DNA of 64,000 bases from a virus. The DNA is taken from IMG/VR virus record IMGVR_UViG_3300042261_001186, positions 1-64,000 of that record, one strand, 5' to 3'. The notes beneath the pieces were generated by a model. It made no database searches and was not told the origin of the DNA. It worked only from the letters and a program-made list of their open reading frames with translations. The position numbers were made by a program, and so were the translations under genes. Below are positions 9,913 to 20,095 of this stretch, piece after piece. Position 1 is the first letter of the stretch. Each line of letters opens with the position of its first letter.

Positions 9913-10308
9913 TTATTTTTTTTCTTTAGGTTTAGTTCCAGCTTTCTTTGCTATCTTGCTATTCTGGAACCACCATTGGTCATCATTTGGATCAAATGGT
10001 TTTAATTCAACAAATTTCTTTGGATCATTTGTTTCTATATTTGCTAATGGAACATAAAAACAACAACCTTTCTTACCAATATCTCCATGACCTTGGTGAA
10101 GTTGTTTACTAAATGGGTCTTTGAATTCTATTAGCAAATTACCATATTCACCAATTTTCAAGATTTTACCGACTCTATCATCAAGATTGACATCATCATG
10201 ATATCCTCTGGTCATAACCATATCACCGACTTTTAAGTCACCTCTTTTTATGGTTGGTGTCATTCTAACTGCACCATAGTAATCATATTCTTCTCTTATG
10301 TATTCCAT
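9913..10308 (-). CDS. Putative internal head protein, WWF-tail family
   Basis: LKVGDMV KOW-like module; DPNDDQWWFQNS. Confidence 0.72.
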   Translation of the reverse strand: MEYIREEYDYYGAVRMTPTIKRGDLKVGDMVMTRGYHDDVNLDDRVGKILKIGEYGNLLIEFKDPFSKQLHQGHGDIGKKGCCFYVPLANIETNDPKKFVELKPFDPNDDQWWFQNSKIAKKAGTKPKEKK

Positions 10309-10377
10309 ATAATTATCATTAATTTTTAATTAATTTAATAGTATTATATATAAAAATATTTTTACCTGTTTTTAAAT

Positions 10378-10404
10378 AAAAAAACCCTAAATTTTAGGGT
10401 TTTT
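10378..10404. terminator. Intrinsic terminator
   Basis: A7-CCCTAA-ATT-TTAGGG-T5 hairpin. Confidence 0.7.
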
Positions 10405-10409
10405 AATTC

Positions 10410-10760
10410 TTAATTTGTATCCAAAATTCTCTAAATCTTTTCTGTGTTTTTGTCTCTGTTGTCATCTGGTAATATCATATCAAAATTAACATAAACCCAA
10501 TTAAACATTCTATTGTTTCCAGCAGGTATTGCTACAACTGTTCCACTACCATATAAAAAATCAAAAACTCTATCACCAACTTCAGGGGTTTCACCATAGT
10601 CTATTCTCTATATTCTGGCTGGTCTTTGGATAACTACACCTTCTGCTCTCCTGTTTGGTCCCCTACCCCTTTGTAATACTATATTTTCATCCCATACTTC
10701 TTCATCATATGGATCTATGTCACTATGAACATTTTCAAATTTTTTGAATTTTTTTATCAT
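10410..10760 (-). pseudogene. Leader- and tag-bearing gene interrupted by in-frame TAG (absent from ORF track)
   Basis: Manual translation MIKKFKKFENVHSDIDPYDEEVW...RPARI*RIDYGETPEVGDRVFDFLYGSGTVV...TEKI*RILDTN*; TAG at 10608-10610 and 10431-10433. Confidence 0.7.
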
Positions 10761-10761
10761 A

Positions 10762-11250
10762 TTAACCATTCCAATTTTCTTCACCTAAAGGATCTATTCT
10801 ATTGAAAACATTGGTGTCATTGGTTTTGGCCCATTCAGCATAACCTTTTAAGAAATCTATCAAGTCTTGCATTTTATCTAATGTTTCCTTTGAATAAGTA
10901 TCTATCTCTAAATATCTCATAACATCTTCATCTTCAAGATATCCTATGATTTTTGGATCTAATCCATAAAAAGCCAAGTCTTCAAAAGATAATTCTGCAT
11001 CAGTTGATTTGATATATTTCAAATGTGCTAATTCCCTTGCCAAATCAGATAATTTATTATAACCAGATTTATTAACAAAAGTTTGTTTAACTGCTCTTAG
11101 ATTACCTCTAACAAATATATCTTCTATGATCGAAACTATAGTTAAAACACCATTGAGGAATTTATTTTTACCTATTTTTCTCATTATACCAACAATTCTT
11201 CTTGTCATTGGGTTTTTAGCTTCATTGAATTTTTCAAATTTTGTTAACAT
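10762..11250 (-). CDS. Putative internal head protein with C-terminal DPLGEENW tag
   Basis: Leader MLTKFEKFNE; ends IDPLGEENWNG. Confidence 0.75.
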   Translation of the reverse strand: MLTKFEKFNEAKNPMTRRIVGIMRKIGKNKFLNGVLTIVSIIEDIFVRGNLRAVKQTFVNKSGYNKLSDLARELAHLKYIKSTDAELSFEDLAFYGLDPKIIGYLEDEDVMRYLEIDTYSKETLDKMQDLIDFLKGYAEWAKTNDTNVFNRIDPLGEENWNG

Positions 11251-11266
11251 ATTAAATTATTATTTT

Positions 11267-11629
11267 TTATTTCCATTCGACATCATTGTCATAGTCTTCA
11301 TAATCCATATAATCGTCATACGGGAATTTACCATAACTTGTTCCAAAAAATTTATTTATGGTATCATATTCTTCTTTTGTTATATTCTTAACACCTATAG
11401 AGTCCAAAACTTCTTGACCATTTTCAAATTCAATGTCTTCATTTGATCCAAAACCAAAACTATATTGACCTTGATGTTGTTGAAATTTTTTCTGGAAAAT
11501 ATTCCATTCAGCATCTGTCATTATGCTAAATCCTTCAACATCAAATTCATCAGCATAATCAGCACTGAAATCCAGCAATACATAGCCGGATTCAGTGCCT
11601 TCATTCAAGAAACTTAAAATACTTTTCAT
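11267..11629 (-). CDS. Acidic putative internal head protein
   Basis: Leader MKSILSFLNE; directly downstream of gltX on the same strand. Confidence 0.7.
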   Translation of the reverse strand: MKSILSFLNEGTESGYVLLDFSADYADEFDVEGFSIMTDAEWNIFQKKFQQHQGQYSFGFGSNEDIEFENGQEVLDSIGVKNITKEEYDTINKFFGTSYGKFPYDDYMDYEDYDNDVEWK

Positions 11630-11630
11630 A

Positions 11631-13226
11631 TTATTTTTTCTTCATTTTTATCTTATAATTGGTCATACGATCTAATGTACCTTCTTTACCTATAATTTCC
11701 ATTATATCAAATAATGAAGGACCATTACCCATACCTGTTAAAACCAATCTCAAAGCTGGAGCAACAGCACCAAAACTCTTACCACTAGCATTTACATAAC
11801 CTTCAAAAGCTTTTTGTATATCTTCTGAAATCCAATTATTAACACCTGCAAATATATCTTTCAAAGCAGCAACAATTTCAATACTTTCTTGATTCCATTT
11901 CTTCTCAACAGTTTTCTTATCATATTCTGTAGGTGGTTCAAATAAATATAATGAAGCATCATAAATATCTTTTACAAAATTTACTTTACCTTTATTCATA
12001 TCAACCATCTTTGCAATAGTTCTATCTGGAAGATTAATTCCTCTTTCTTTTAACATTGGTTTCAATTGATCAACTATTTGTTCACTTGGTATTTGTCTCA
12101 AGTATTGACCATTGTACCATTTAGCTTTATCAATATTGAATTTAGCACCAGCTTTACCACATCTTTCTAAAGAGAAAGATTGTGCTAATTCATCCATAGA
12201 CATAATTTCTTGTTCAGTACCTGGATTCCATCCGAGGAATGCCAAGAAATTAACAAATGCTTCTGGTAAATAACCTGAATCTTTATAACCACTTGAACTC
12301 TTTTCTGGAGTTTTAGGATCAGTCCATTTCAAAGGAAATACTGGGAATCCCATTTCATCACCATTTCTTTTTGACAATTTACCTTGTCCACCTGGGTTAA
12401 GTAAGAGTGCCAAGTGAGCAAATTCTGGAGCATCCCAGCCAAATGATTCATATAAATATATGTGAAGTGGAGCACTTGGAAGCCATTCTTCACCTCTAAT
12501 TACATGACTTGTTCTCATTAAATGGTCATCAACTATGTTAGCCAAGTGATAGGTTGGAAGACCATCTGACTTAAATAGAACCTTATCATCAAGTGTATTT
12601 GTGTTTGCTACAACTGGTCCTCTGATGATATCATTAACGGTTATTTGATAATCGGCTGGAAATTTTACCCTAACGACATAAGGGACTTTCTTAGCCATAA
12701 GTTCTTGAACTTCATCTTCTGAAAGAGTTAAAGAATTTTTCATTTTCATTCTTGTACTATGATCATATTGTGGTGATTGAACACCAGCTTGAAGTAAGTC
12801 AGATTTCATTTTTTCAATATCATCAGGTGTGTCAAAACAATAATATGCATGACCATTATCAATAAGTTGTTTAGCATACTTAGGATAAATATCATATCTT
12901 TCACTTTGACGATAAGGACCATAAGGACCACCTAACCAAGGGGCTTCTTCTGGTGATATACCACACCAATCCAATGATTTTCTGATATATTCTTCAGCAC
13001 CTGGAACAAATCTTTGTTGATCAGTATCTTCAATACGGAGATAGAATACTCCACCATGTTTCTTAGCAAAAAGATAATTGTATAGGGCAGTTCGCACCCC
13101 GCCAATATGGAGCGGACCCGTCGGGCTTGGAGCAAATCTGGTACGTACTTCCCCACTGACACTTTCTTTCATAAGACTGATAAATTTATCAAATTCTGTT
13201 ATGTTTTTCAAATTAAAATTTTTCAT
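11631..13226 (-). CDS. gltX: Glutamate--tRNA ligase (Bacteroidota-like) with N-terminal leader extension
   Basis: VRTRFAPSPTGPLHIGG (HIGH), RIEDTD, SHVIRGEEW, KLSKR, GFPVFPL.W insert; ~22-aa extension ending FISLMKES. Confidence 0.97.
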   Translation of the reverse strand: MKNFNLKNITEFDKFISLMKESVSGEVRTRFAPSPTGPLHIGGVRTALYNYLFAKKHGGVFYLRIEDTDQQRFVPGAEEYIRKSLDWCGISPEEAPWLGGPYGPYRQSERYDIYPKYAKQLIDNGHAYYCFDTPDDIEKMKSDLLQAGVQSPQYDHSTRMKMKNSLTLSEDEVQELMAKKVPYVVRVKFPADYQITVNDIIRGPVVANTNTLDDKVLFKSDGLPTYHLANIVDDHLMRTSHVIRGEEWLPSAPLHIYLYESFGWDAPEFAHLALLLNPGGQGKLSKRNGDEMGFPVFPLKWTDPKTPEKSSSGYKDSGYLPEAFVNFLAFLGWNPGTEQEIMSMDELAQSFSLERCGKAGAKFNIDKAKWYNGQYLRQIPSEQIVDQLKPMLKERGINLPDRTIAKMVDMNKGKVNFVKDIYDASLYLFEPPTEYDKKTVEKKWNQESIEIVAALKDIFAGVNNWISEDIQKAFEGYVNASGKSFGAVAPALRLVLTGMGNGPSLFDIMEIIGKEGTLDRMTNYKIKMKKK

Positions 13227-13323
13227 GTTTGTCGTTTTATTTTTTATTATATATTAACTTTCATTTGCAAATATATTGAATTTTTTTAACATTAATATTA
13301 AAACTATATATAAATTTTAATAT

Positions 13324-14040
13324 TTAATTTTTATCTGATGGCATATCTTTCTCATCTCTACAATCTTCACACCATCCCCTAATTAGGTCATCTGGTCTGT
13401 TGAATTGTCCACAATGTATACATCTACAATCTTCTCTACAGAAATTACAAATACCATTTGTCATCAAAATGTTAGGTGTGTAAGCACCACACATTCTACA
13501 TTCACTTCCTCTCATTTCCATCCTATCAAAATAATTGTCATCATCATAATAAGGATTCCATATATTTTCTTCTTCATTCCAATTTTCTTCACCATAAGGA
13601 TCAAGTTCTGTACTTTCAAATCTGTAACCCCATTCTTCTTCATCATATGGGTCTATGTCTGGATTCATGAGTTTTATTATTTTTTTACCATTTGAAACAT
13701 AAACTTTTAGGTCTTCTCCAGGATTACCACCATATCTACCAAGATATCTTATACCTTTGTCATCTGTTATAACTATTTGACTATCATCATTGACTTTTAC
13801 ATCTTTTATTATACAACTTACTCTTTTCTCATAATTCTGGTCCAAGGCACAAGGAAAACTCACTAATTTTCCAATCATCAATTCTTTCAATTTGTTTTCA
13901 AAATCTATAAAAATACCATAAGGATAATATTCACCATTACGAATAGTTTTTTGAAATTCTTTAGATAAACCAGAAAAAGTAAATGGTTGTATATCTAAAT
14001 CTAAATTTTCTTTTATGTATTTTTTGAATTTTTTAATCAT
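13324..14040 (-). CDS. Putative internal head protein with two tags and a C-terminal Cys-rich Zn-binding module
   Basis: Leader MIKKFKKYIKE; DIDPYDEEEW..FES, ELDPYGEENW; CRMC, CNFC, CIHC, CEDC. Confidence 0.75.
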   Translation of the reverse strand: MIKKFKKYIKENLDLDIQPFTFSGLSKEFQKTIRNGEYYPYGIFIDFENKLKELMIGKLVSFPCALDQNYEKRVSCIIKDVKVNDDSQIVITDDKGIRYLGRYGGNPGEDLKVYVSNGKKIIKLMNPDIDPYDEEEWGYRFESTELDPYGEENWNEEENIWNPYYDDDNYFDRMEMRGSECRMCGAYTPNILMTNGICNFCREDCRCIHCGQFNRPDDLIRGWCEDCRDEKDMPSDKN

Positions 14041-15329
14041 AATTTTTCATTACTTTGTTTATCTATCTTATTAAGATAATTTGATTTATCTCTCCTTAAT
14101 GTTTCAATATATTTAGGTTTTCTTGCTCTTTTCTTTCTTTGTTCTCTACTAACTACAAAATATGGATCTTCAATATAATCAGTTTCTACACCAATTACAT
14201 CAGGACGATTATAAGTCTCAGCATCAGGTCCTTTGTTAAATGATGGTCCTGCATTTTGTTCAGCTGGTGTTCCGCTTGAACCATATCCTGTTACATTTCT
14301 ATAATCAGCTTCTTCATTAGTAAAATCTTCAAATGTTTTTAAGTTATTCATTTTTATGTTAGTTTTTTTTGATTCGTACCATTCTATGTCTTCTTCTTTA
14401 TATTTTTCTATTCTACTTCTATTTGCCGCTGAACATACAAATGTGAGATAATCACCAGATACATCAGCGGAAATAGGCATCCCATCTTTAGCTTTTGGGT
14501 TTTTCTTATGAATCGAATATCTTGTACCACCACCCATTTTATGTTTCCTCCCAAGAACAACATATTCAGTATCCCTAAATGAGACAACATCTCCTGGACT
14601 GAATTTTTCATTTACAGCAGATTCAAACCATTTGATATCTTCTTCATTGTAATCTTCTTTTTTAGACAAAAATTCTATTTCATCTTCTGTCGCAGTGACA
14701 CTCACTGGTCCTGTGTTGTGCATCATGAAATTGAATTTGTTTTCTAGGACATCTTTTTTAAAGAGGTCAGGTCCTTTGAATTTTACTTTATCTCCCATTT
14801 TGAACATTGGTTTTTCTGAAACACTTTCATACCATTGTATGTCTTCTTCCTCATATGTTTCTTTTTCACTTGTATTTTTAAACCACCTACCATCAACACC
14901 TGCTATATTACCATATGGTAATGTTGGTTTATGTATATTTTCGGGCTTAATGTAAACTATACTATAATATCCATCTATCTGATCATCCACATTGACTATC
15001 TTACACATAGTACCTGTTTTTAGGTTATAAGGATTTCTTTCTTTTGCAATTACAATATCATTAATTTCAAATCCATATTTGTTACTTTCAAACCATTGTA
15101 TATCTTCATCTTCATATTTTTCTTCTTTATCAAAATAAATACCTTGAACATAATTCATATTTACATATACATTATCACGAATAAATCTTATACTATAATA
15201 ATCATCAATTCTATCATCTAATGCTGTTATCATACATACCGTTCCAGGTGGAATAAGATATGGGTTATCATCTTTGGCCAAAACTATTTCATCTATTTTA
15301 AATTTAGGAATAAAATTTATGTTTTCCAT
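14037..15329 (-). CDS. Repeat-module putative polyprotein (four KOW/SH3-like units each ending in an EDIxW[FY]ES motif)
   Basis: KYEDEDIQWFES, TYEEEDIQWYES, DYNEEDIKWFES, KYKEEDIEWYES, then internal leader MNNLKTFEDFTNE. Confidence 0.78.
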   Translation of the reverse strand: MENINFIPKFKIDEIVLAKDDNPYLIPPGTVCMITALDDRIDDYYSIRFIRDNVYVNMNYVQGIYFDKEEKYEDEDIQWFESNKYGFEINDIVIAKERNPYNLKTGTMCKIVNVDDQIDGYYSIVYIKPENIHKPTLPYGNIAGVDGRWFKNTSEKETYEEEDIQWYESVSEKPMFKMGDKVKFKGPDLFKKDVLENKFNFMMHNTGPVSVTATEDEIEFLSKKEDYNEEDIKWFESAVNEKFSPGDVVSFRDTEYVVLGRKHKMGGGTRYSIHKKNPKAKDGMPISADVSGDYLTFVCSAANRSRIEKYKEEDIEWYESKKTNIKMNNLKTFEDFTNEEADYRNVTGYGSSGTPAEQNAGPSFNKGPDAETYNRPDVIGVETDYIEDPYFVVSREQRKKRARKPKYIETLRRDKSNYLNKIDKQSNEKL

Positions 15330-17831
15330 TTATACCCAATTTTTATTTATATAATTATCAGTGTAGATATTCCTATCTGCATTATCCACCAATATTATCT
15401 TTTCACCATTATATATCATATGTTGATTCAATATATTTACTATTTCTTGCTCATCAGGTATAATATCATTCAATACCCTTAAATTAGTATATTTGATATT
15501 AGAACCTTCAACAACTAAATCTGCTTCATTTTCAAATGATTGTACATAAATACTATCATAGAAAGTTTCCTTTATAATTTTGAATGTTGTTGATGCTGTG
15601 TGCAGTTCCATATTATTAACAGGTTTGTAACCAGCATTAATCAAATATGTATAACCTGTTGTATCAAGCCATCCTATAGTTTGCATTTGATATGTATCTG
15701 AATTAAAGAATTTAATATTATAATCATCATCTCTTTGATAAACTTTCATTTCGATTACTTGTTGTCTTTGATCCATATTTATTACAAGACCATACCAAAT
15801 ATTTGTTAATAAATTCAATCCTTGCAATTTATAAAATCTGTCGTTTATTTGGAAATTAATATCATTTTTATGATACCAAATCCTATATCCTTTAACATTT
15901 TCATCTAAATTATTCAAAAACCAAAAATTTGCTGTTGTACTAATATCATATGTTTTCCAAGCATTTTTATTTGGTTTATCTTCACTCCATCCATTATTAA
16001 AATTAAACCAACAAACAAATGATCTATTACCTGATTCAGTTAAAATATTATCAGTTTTCTTATAGATAACAGCTTGTTTTCCTATAACATCTTTGAAATC
16101 ATAATGAGATTTAGAAAATTCAAAAGTTCCATTGGTTAATGTTTCTTGAACTCTTATAGTTTTACTATTCACTATGTATCTCATAGGATCAAAAGTGAAA
16201 GGTTTAAGTTGTTCTATATTAGTAATCTTAACTTCATCTTGTTCTCTCTCAACACCCATTAATTCATCAAGTGTTGTATTTTTGGTTAATGTATCAAGTA
16301 AAGCTTTTGATTCTTCATGAAGATTTCTAATATTTGCTTTTTGTTCATATTTTTCTAATATGACTTTATAGTAGTATCCTGCATTCATAACATCTCTAAA
16401 AATTTGTGCATGTTTCACATAATATAATCTATTTATTGGACAGAAAAATATTATATCATTTTCTGATGGTCTTTTATCTATACCAAATTTTCTTTTAAAT
16501 TCATCTTTTAAAATATGAATTTCAAAAGTATCAAATAAATCCAAATTGAATTGATTAAATTTAACCATATTATCTGGGAATTTATTATCTGGTACTAAAA
16601 CCTTAACTTTTTTCATATCAACAACATTATATAATTGATATTCATGTAAAATAAAATCTGTACCATTAGCATCAACATCTGTTAAATGATAATCTATTTC
16701 CCAAGCAAAAATACTATTAAGTTGATTTGCCATAGTATTAGCAAAATCCATAATTTGTGTTATACTATAAGGTTGCCATAGTGTTCCTGATGAGGCTTGA
16801 TTAGTTGCATTAATTCCAGTCATAACACCACCTGTTGGTACATTGGTTGTTGGTTCTTTTGAATAACAACTTAAACCTTGAGTATAAAAATTCATATTTA
16901 AATCATATGATGACATTGCACTTGTTGGTTGACCATTACCAGGAGCATCACTATAAGTTTTACCTGATGTTGTACTTATATTCCAACCACAAGTATCTGT
17001 ATTTCCAGTTAATCTATTAATGTAAGGAATTATACAATCTTGTCTTATACCATATCTATTTGTTTTGAGATAATTAGCAGAAACATTTTGGAAATCTCCT
17101 ATTAAAATTACATCATAAACATTTAATGGTTCAGATAATGGATAAATAGTTTTTATTTTATATTCTATTCTAGCAAATCTTAAATTATTAAATCTAAAAG
17201 TTGATATGTTAGCTTTTGTTAATGGTTCCCATTTTGAATAAGTTCTACCATTATCTTGGGTTACTCTATAATGTAATTCTAAATTTCCTATATCATCTGT
17301 TATTACTTGAAAATCTGAAATAGAAAATACTTTATAAATATCTTTTGGTATTAAAACAACTTCATTTATTGTATCAGTTAATGTAAATGGACCATCAGTA
17401 TAATTAAATTCATAATCTCCTGATATTATAACAGCAGGACTTACAGCATCATCTCCTATATAAATATTAGTTGGTGCTAAAGAATCTACTCTGTCATCTA
17501 CCCTGAAATAGAATAATTCTATATCAAAAGGAACATTTGGTAATATTGTTATTCCAGTTAATTCTGATATTGGTCTCATTTCACTCCAACAATCTTGACA
17601 TTCTGCTTCTTCATTGTTGTATTTACTTTGATATTTAAAATAAACATTAAGATATTGGGAATTATCTATATCTCCTCTAACAACTTGTTCATAAGAAGTT
17701 ATATTTTTTATTCCTAGAATTGGTGCAGTTGGTCTAAGGTACAATGTTTTATTGGTTGGAGTAAGTGTTTCCGTACCTATGAAATTCATTGTATAAGTAC
17801 CATCGAATTTTTTGCTTAATAAGTAATTCAC
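15330..17831 (-). CDS. Virion structural protein with T4 gp14-like neck (head-tail adaptor) domain and extra beta domains
   Basis: FNQFNLDLFDTFEIHI..F...FG...RPSENDIIFFCPINRLYYV pattern resembles gp14; C-terminal LamG-like strands; GTG start. Confidence 0.6.
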   Translation of the reverse strand: MNYLLSKKFDGTYTMNFIGTETLTPTNKTLYLRPTAPILGIKNITSYEQVVRGDIDNSQYLNVYFKYQSKYNNEEAECQDCWSEMRPISELTGITILPNVPFDIELFYFRVDDRVDSLAPTNIYIGDDAVSPAVIISGDYEFNYTDGPFTLTDTINEVVLIPKDIYKVFSISDFQVITDDIGNLELHYRVTQDNGRTYSKWEPLTKANISTFRFNNLRFARIEYKIKTIYPLSEPLNVYDVILIGDFQNVSANYLKTNRYGIRQDCIIPYINRLTGNTDTCGWNISTTSGKTYSDAPGNGQPTSAMSSYDLNMNFYTQGLSCYSKEPTTNVPTGGVMTGINATNQASSGTLWQPYSITQIMDFANTMANQLNSIFAWEIDYHLTDVDANGTDFILHEYQLYNVVDMKKVKVLVPDNKFPDNMVKFNQFNLDLFDTFEIHILKDEFKRKFGIDKRPSENDIIFFCPINRLYYVKHAQIFRDVMNAGYYYKVILEKYEQKANIRNLHEESKALLDTLTKNTTLDELMGVEREQDEVKITNIEQLKPFTFDPMRYIVNSKTIRVQETLTNGTFEFSKSHYDFKDVIGKQAVIYKKTDNILTESGNRSFVCWFNFNNGWSEDKPNKNAWKTYDISTTANFWFLNNLDENVKGYRIWYHKNDINFQINDRFYKLQGLNLLTNIWYGLVINMDQRQQVIEMKVYQRDDDYNIKFFNSDTYQMQTIGWLDTTGYTYLINAGYKPVNNMELHTASTTFKIIKETFYDSIYVQSFENEADLVVEGSNIKYTNLRVLNDIIPDEQEIVNILNQHMIYNGEKIILVDNADRNIYTDNYINKNWV

Positions 17832-17881
17832 AAAAAAGAGATTTTTTTTTTAATATATATAAAAAAACAAAAACCGGAAAA

Positions 17882-17953
17882 ATGAACAATCTAAAAACTT
17901 TCGAAGAATATGGTCTTTTTAAAAGAAAAGAATTGACCAGCAAAAAAACATAA
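17882..17953 (+). CDS. Tiny leader-only ORF (possible gene remnant)
   Basis: MNNLKTFEEYGLFKRKELTSKKT*; TAATATATA at 17851. Confidence 0.4.
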   Translation: MNNLKTFEEYGLFKRKELTSKKT

Positions 17954-18019
17954 AAAGGGAGATGATATAGGACTTATGTCATTGAATTTTCCAATGTAAA
18001 CAAAAATAAAAATAAAAAT

Positions 18020-18280
18020 ATGAGAAAGACAAAAACAACAACAAAAGGTGGTAAGCAATTGAAGAAATTCGAGCAATTTGATCCTGAAGCAGTTCAAGAT
18101 GAAGATATTGCTATTGATGTTGCTAGACTTCAAAAAATGTTAAATATGGCAACTCCTATATTAACTGAAATAGGTAATATCATTGAACAAGATGCAGATA
18201 GAACTATAGGTGTTGAATATAGACAAAAAGTTGATTCTGCAATAGCAATGATAGATGATTTGAAAATTATGTACACATAA
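18020..18280 (+). CDS. Small hypothetical protein
   Basis: 86 aa, leader-like LKKFEQF. Confidence 0.65.
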   Translation: MRKTKTTTKGGKQLKKFEQFDPEAVQDEDIAIDVARLQKMLNMATPILTEIGNIIEQDADRTIGVEYRQKVDSAIAMIDDLKIMYT

Positions 18281-18299
18281 AAAATAAAAATATAATAAA

Positions 18300-19421
18300 A
18301 TGACTTATATACAACCAAATATGTTGTTGACACCAACTGAAAAACTCATAAAACCTTATGAGTGTTCATTCATTGTCATCGAAGGACCAAACATGAAAGG
18401 TAAATTGAATTTGGAAGGCTTGGAAATAAGATATGATTCATTTTATTTATCACAATTGGTTTTAAATACCACATCGAGTGATCAACCCCTTATGTATGGT
18501 TTCCTTGGTGAGAGTGTAACTTTTTTGATGGTCAGAGCAAAATATCTTCCAGCTGATCCAAACTGGGCTATAGAAACAGATCAATTCATAGAATATTATT
18601 TTAAGGATGATCCAACTCAAATAAGAACTATGAGTCAATTAATGGTATTAACTGGTAATAGTACAAAGAGAATACCTCAAATATTCTTCAATAATCCTAA
18701 TCAGACTTATAAAGTTTATTTGGAAGTATTAATGGCTAACTTACCACAAGAAAGTATGACTAATACAAATCAATATACTCAAAATAGTTCATACAGTGGA
18801 TTGTATTGGAATTCAATAACATCTGATTCAGTAAATTATATTTTACCAACAACTACTGGTTCAACAGAATTGATGATATTGGATGCAACAGGAAGTACAG
18901 TTTGTGTTATCCCTTATGATAATATTAGGACTATATTGAAAGTTAGTTCAACAACTTTATTAATAGGTTTGGACACTGAAGAAAAAATAAAATTAGAATT
19001 TTTAAGTGAATTTAATTGTAATCAAGCTAATAGTAGGATTAATTGGGTATTAGAAGATAGGAGAAGGAGAATATTAACTACTTCATCACCAGATATAGAT
19101 ATAACAGCACCTGTTTTTACTTGGAATAATGTTTTAACTGGAAGTACAACAGGTATAACAAGTGGAACAACAACAGAATATTTATTACCAAGTGGAACAA
19201 CTTATACTACAACTTTGTTGAAAGAAATATTTATTTCAGGTATAACTGATACTGTTGATGGTACTAAGAGTATATATGACACTGAAATAGTGATATATGT
19301 ATTGAATGATTTTGTACCAACTACATCAATAACAGCTGTAGACACGTATAATGTTTTGTTTACTATTAGAGATATTGCAAATAATGAAAATACTGAACAA
19401 AAATATATCAGAATTTATTAA
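18300..19421 (+). CDS. Putative virion structural protein (C-terminal Ig-like segment)
   Basis: Thr-rich with many TGST/SGIT motifs; DITAPVF...ITDTVDG...Y.VLFTIRDIANN Ig-like pattern; upstream of the fibre gene. Confidence 0.6.
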   Translation: MTYIQPNMLLTPTEKLIKPYECSFIVIEGPNMKGKLNLEGLEIRYDSFYLSQLVLNTTSSDQPLMYGFLGESVTFLMVRAKYLPADPNWAIETDQFIEYYFKDDPTQIRTMSQLMVLTGNSTKRIPQIFFNNPNQTYKVYLEVLMANLPQESMTNTNQYTQNSSYSGLYWNSITSDSVNYILPTTTGSTELMILDATGSTVCVIPYDNIRTILKVSSTTLLIGLDTEEKIKLEFLSEFNCNQANSRINWVLEDRRRRILTTSSPDIDITAPVFTWNNVLTGSTTGITSGTTTEYLLPSGTTYTTTLLKEIFISGITDTVDGTKSIYDTEIVIYVLNDFVPTTSITAVDTYNVLFTIRDIANNENTEQKYIRIY

Positions 19422-19435
19422 AAAAAATAAAGATA

Positions 19436-20041
19436 ATGACATACAATTATAATTTAGAGAATTTTTTGATAACTCCATTTGGAACAGATAAAAGATTATT
19501 TATCTATGATAAGAATAATGTTTTTGTTGATAGTATAATAACTGATATATCTCATTATTTTGTAAAAAATAATTGTTTGGTTATAAAAATAACCAATAAG
19601 AATGATTTAATATTAAGTTTTGAAAGTAGGGAAGTTGCTAAACTTGCTCTAGAAAAATTAGATTTATATAGAAAAAATCTAATGGTTACAAATGATTTCA
19701 TATTAAGACCAAACAGACCAACATTTAACACTATGAATAGAAATATGTTAGCTAATATAACAGTCACTGATGGTGATTTAGCATTAAATACTGTTGTTCA
19801 ACAACAACCAACTTCAAGGGTTGAAGTTATAGTAAGAGGTAGTAGTCATATTTCTTGTGGGTATCCAGATGGTTCAAATATAGGATGTTACTTCACTTCT
19901 GTTACTGATGCAGGAGATCCAACAAAAGCTAGAATAAATGATGGTGATGTAATGTTAGGTGATCAATTGTATTGGATTGGTTCAATTGCCAATTTTAATT
20001 TGGATGATACTGATTATTTGGATTTTGATTTCCTAATCTAA
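19436..20041 (+). CDS. Putative virion structural/fibre-associated protein
   Basis: CYF...GDQLYWIGSIANFNLD..D..DF C-terminus; adjacent to the giant fibre gene. Confidence 0.55.
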   Translation: MTYNYNLENFLITPFGTDKRLFIYDKNNVFVDSIITDISHYFVKNNCLVIKITNKNDLILSFESREVAKLALEKLDLYRKNLMVTNDFILRPNRPTFNTMNRNMLANITVTDGDLALNTVVQQQPTSRVEVIVRGSSHISCGYPDGSNIGCYFTSVTDAGDPTKARINDGDVMLGDQLYWIGSIANFNLDDTDYLDFDFLI

Positions 20042-20095
20042 TTTCATTTTTTAAGTTTTTTTATTTAATATATAAGAGAAAACTTTCATCATAAA

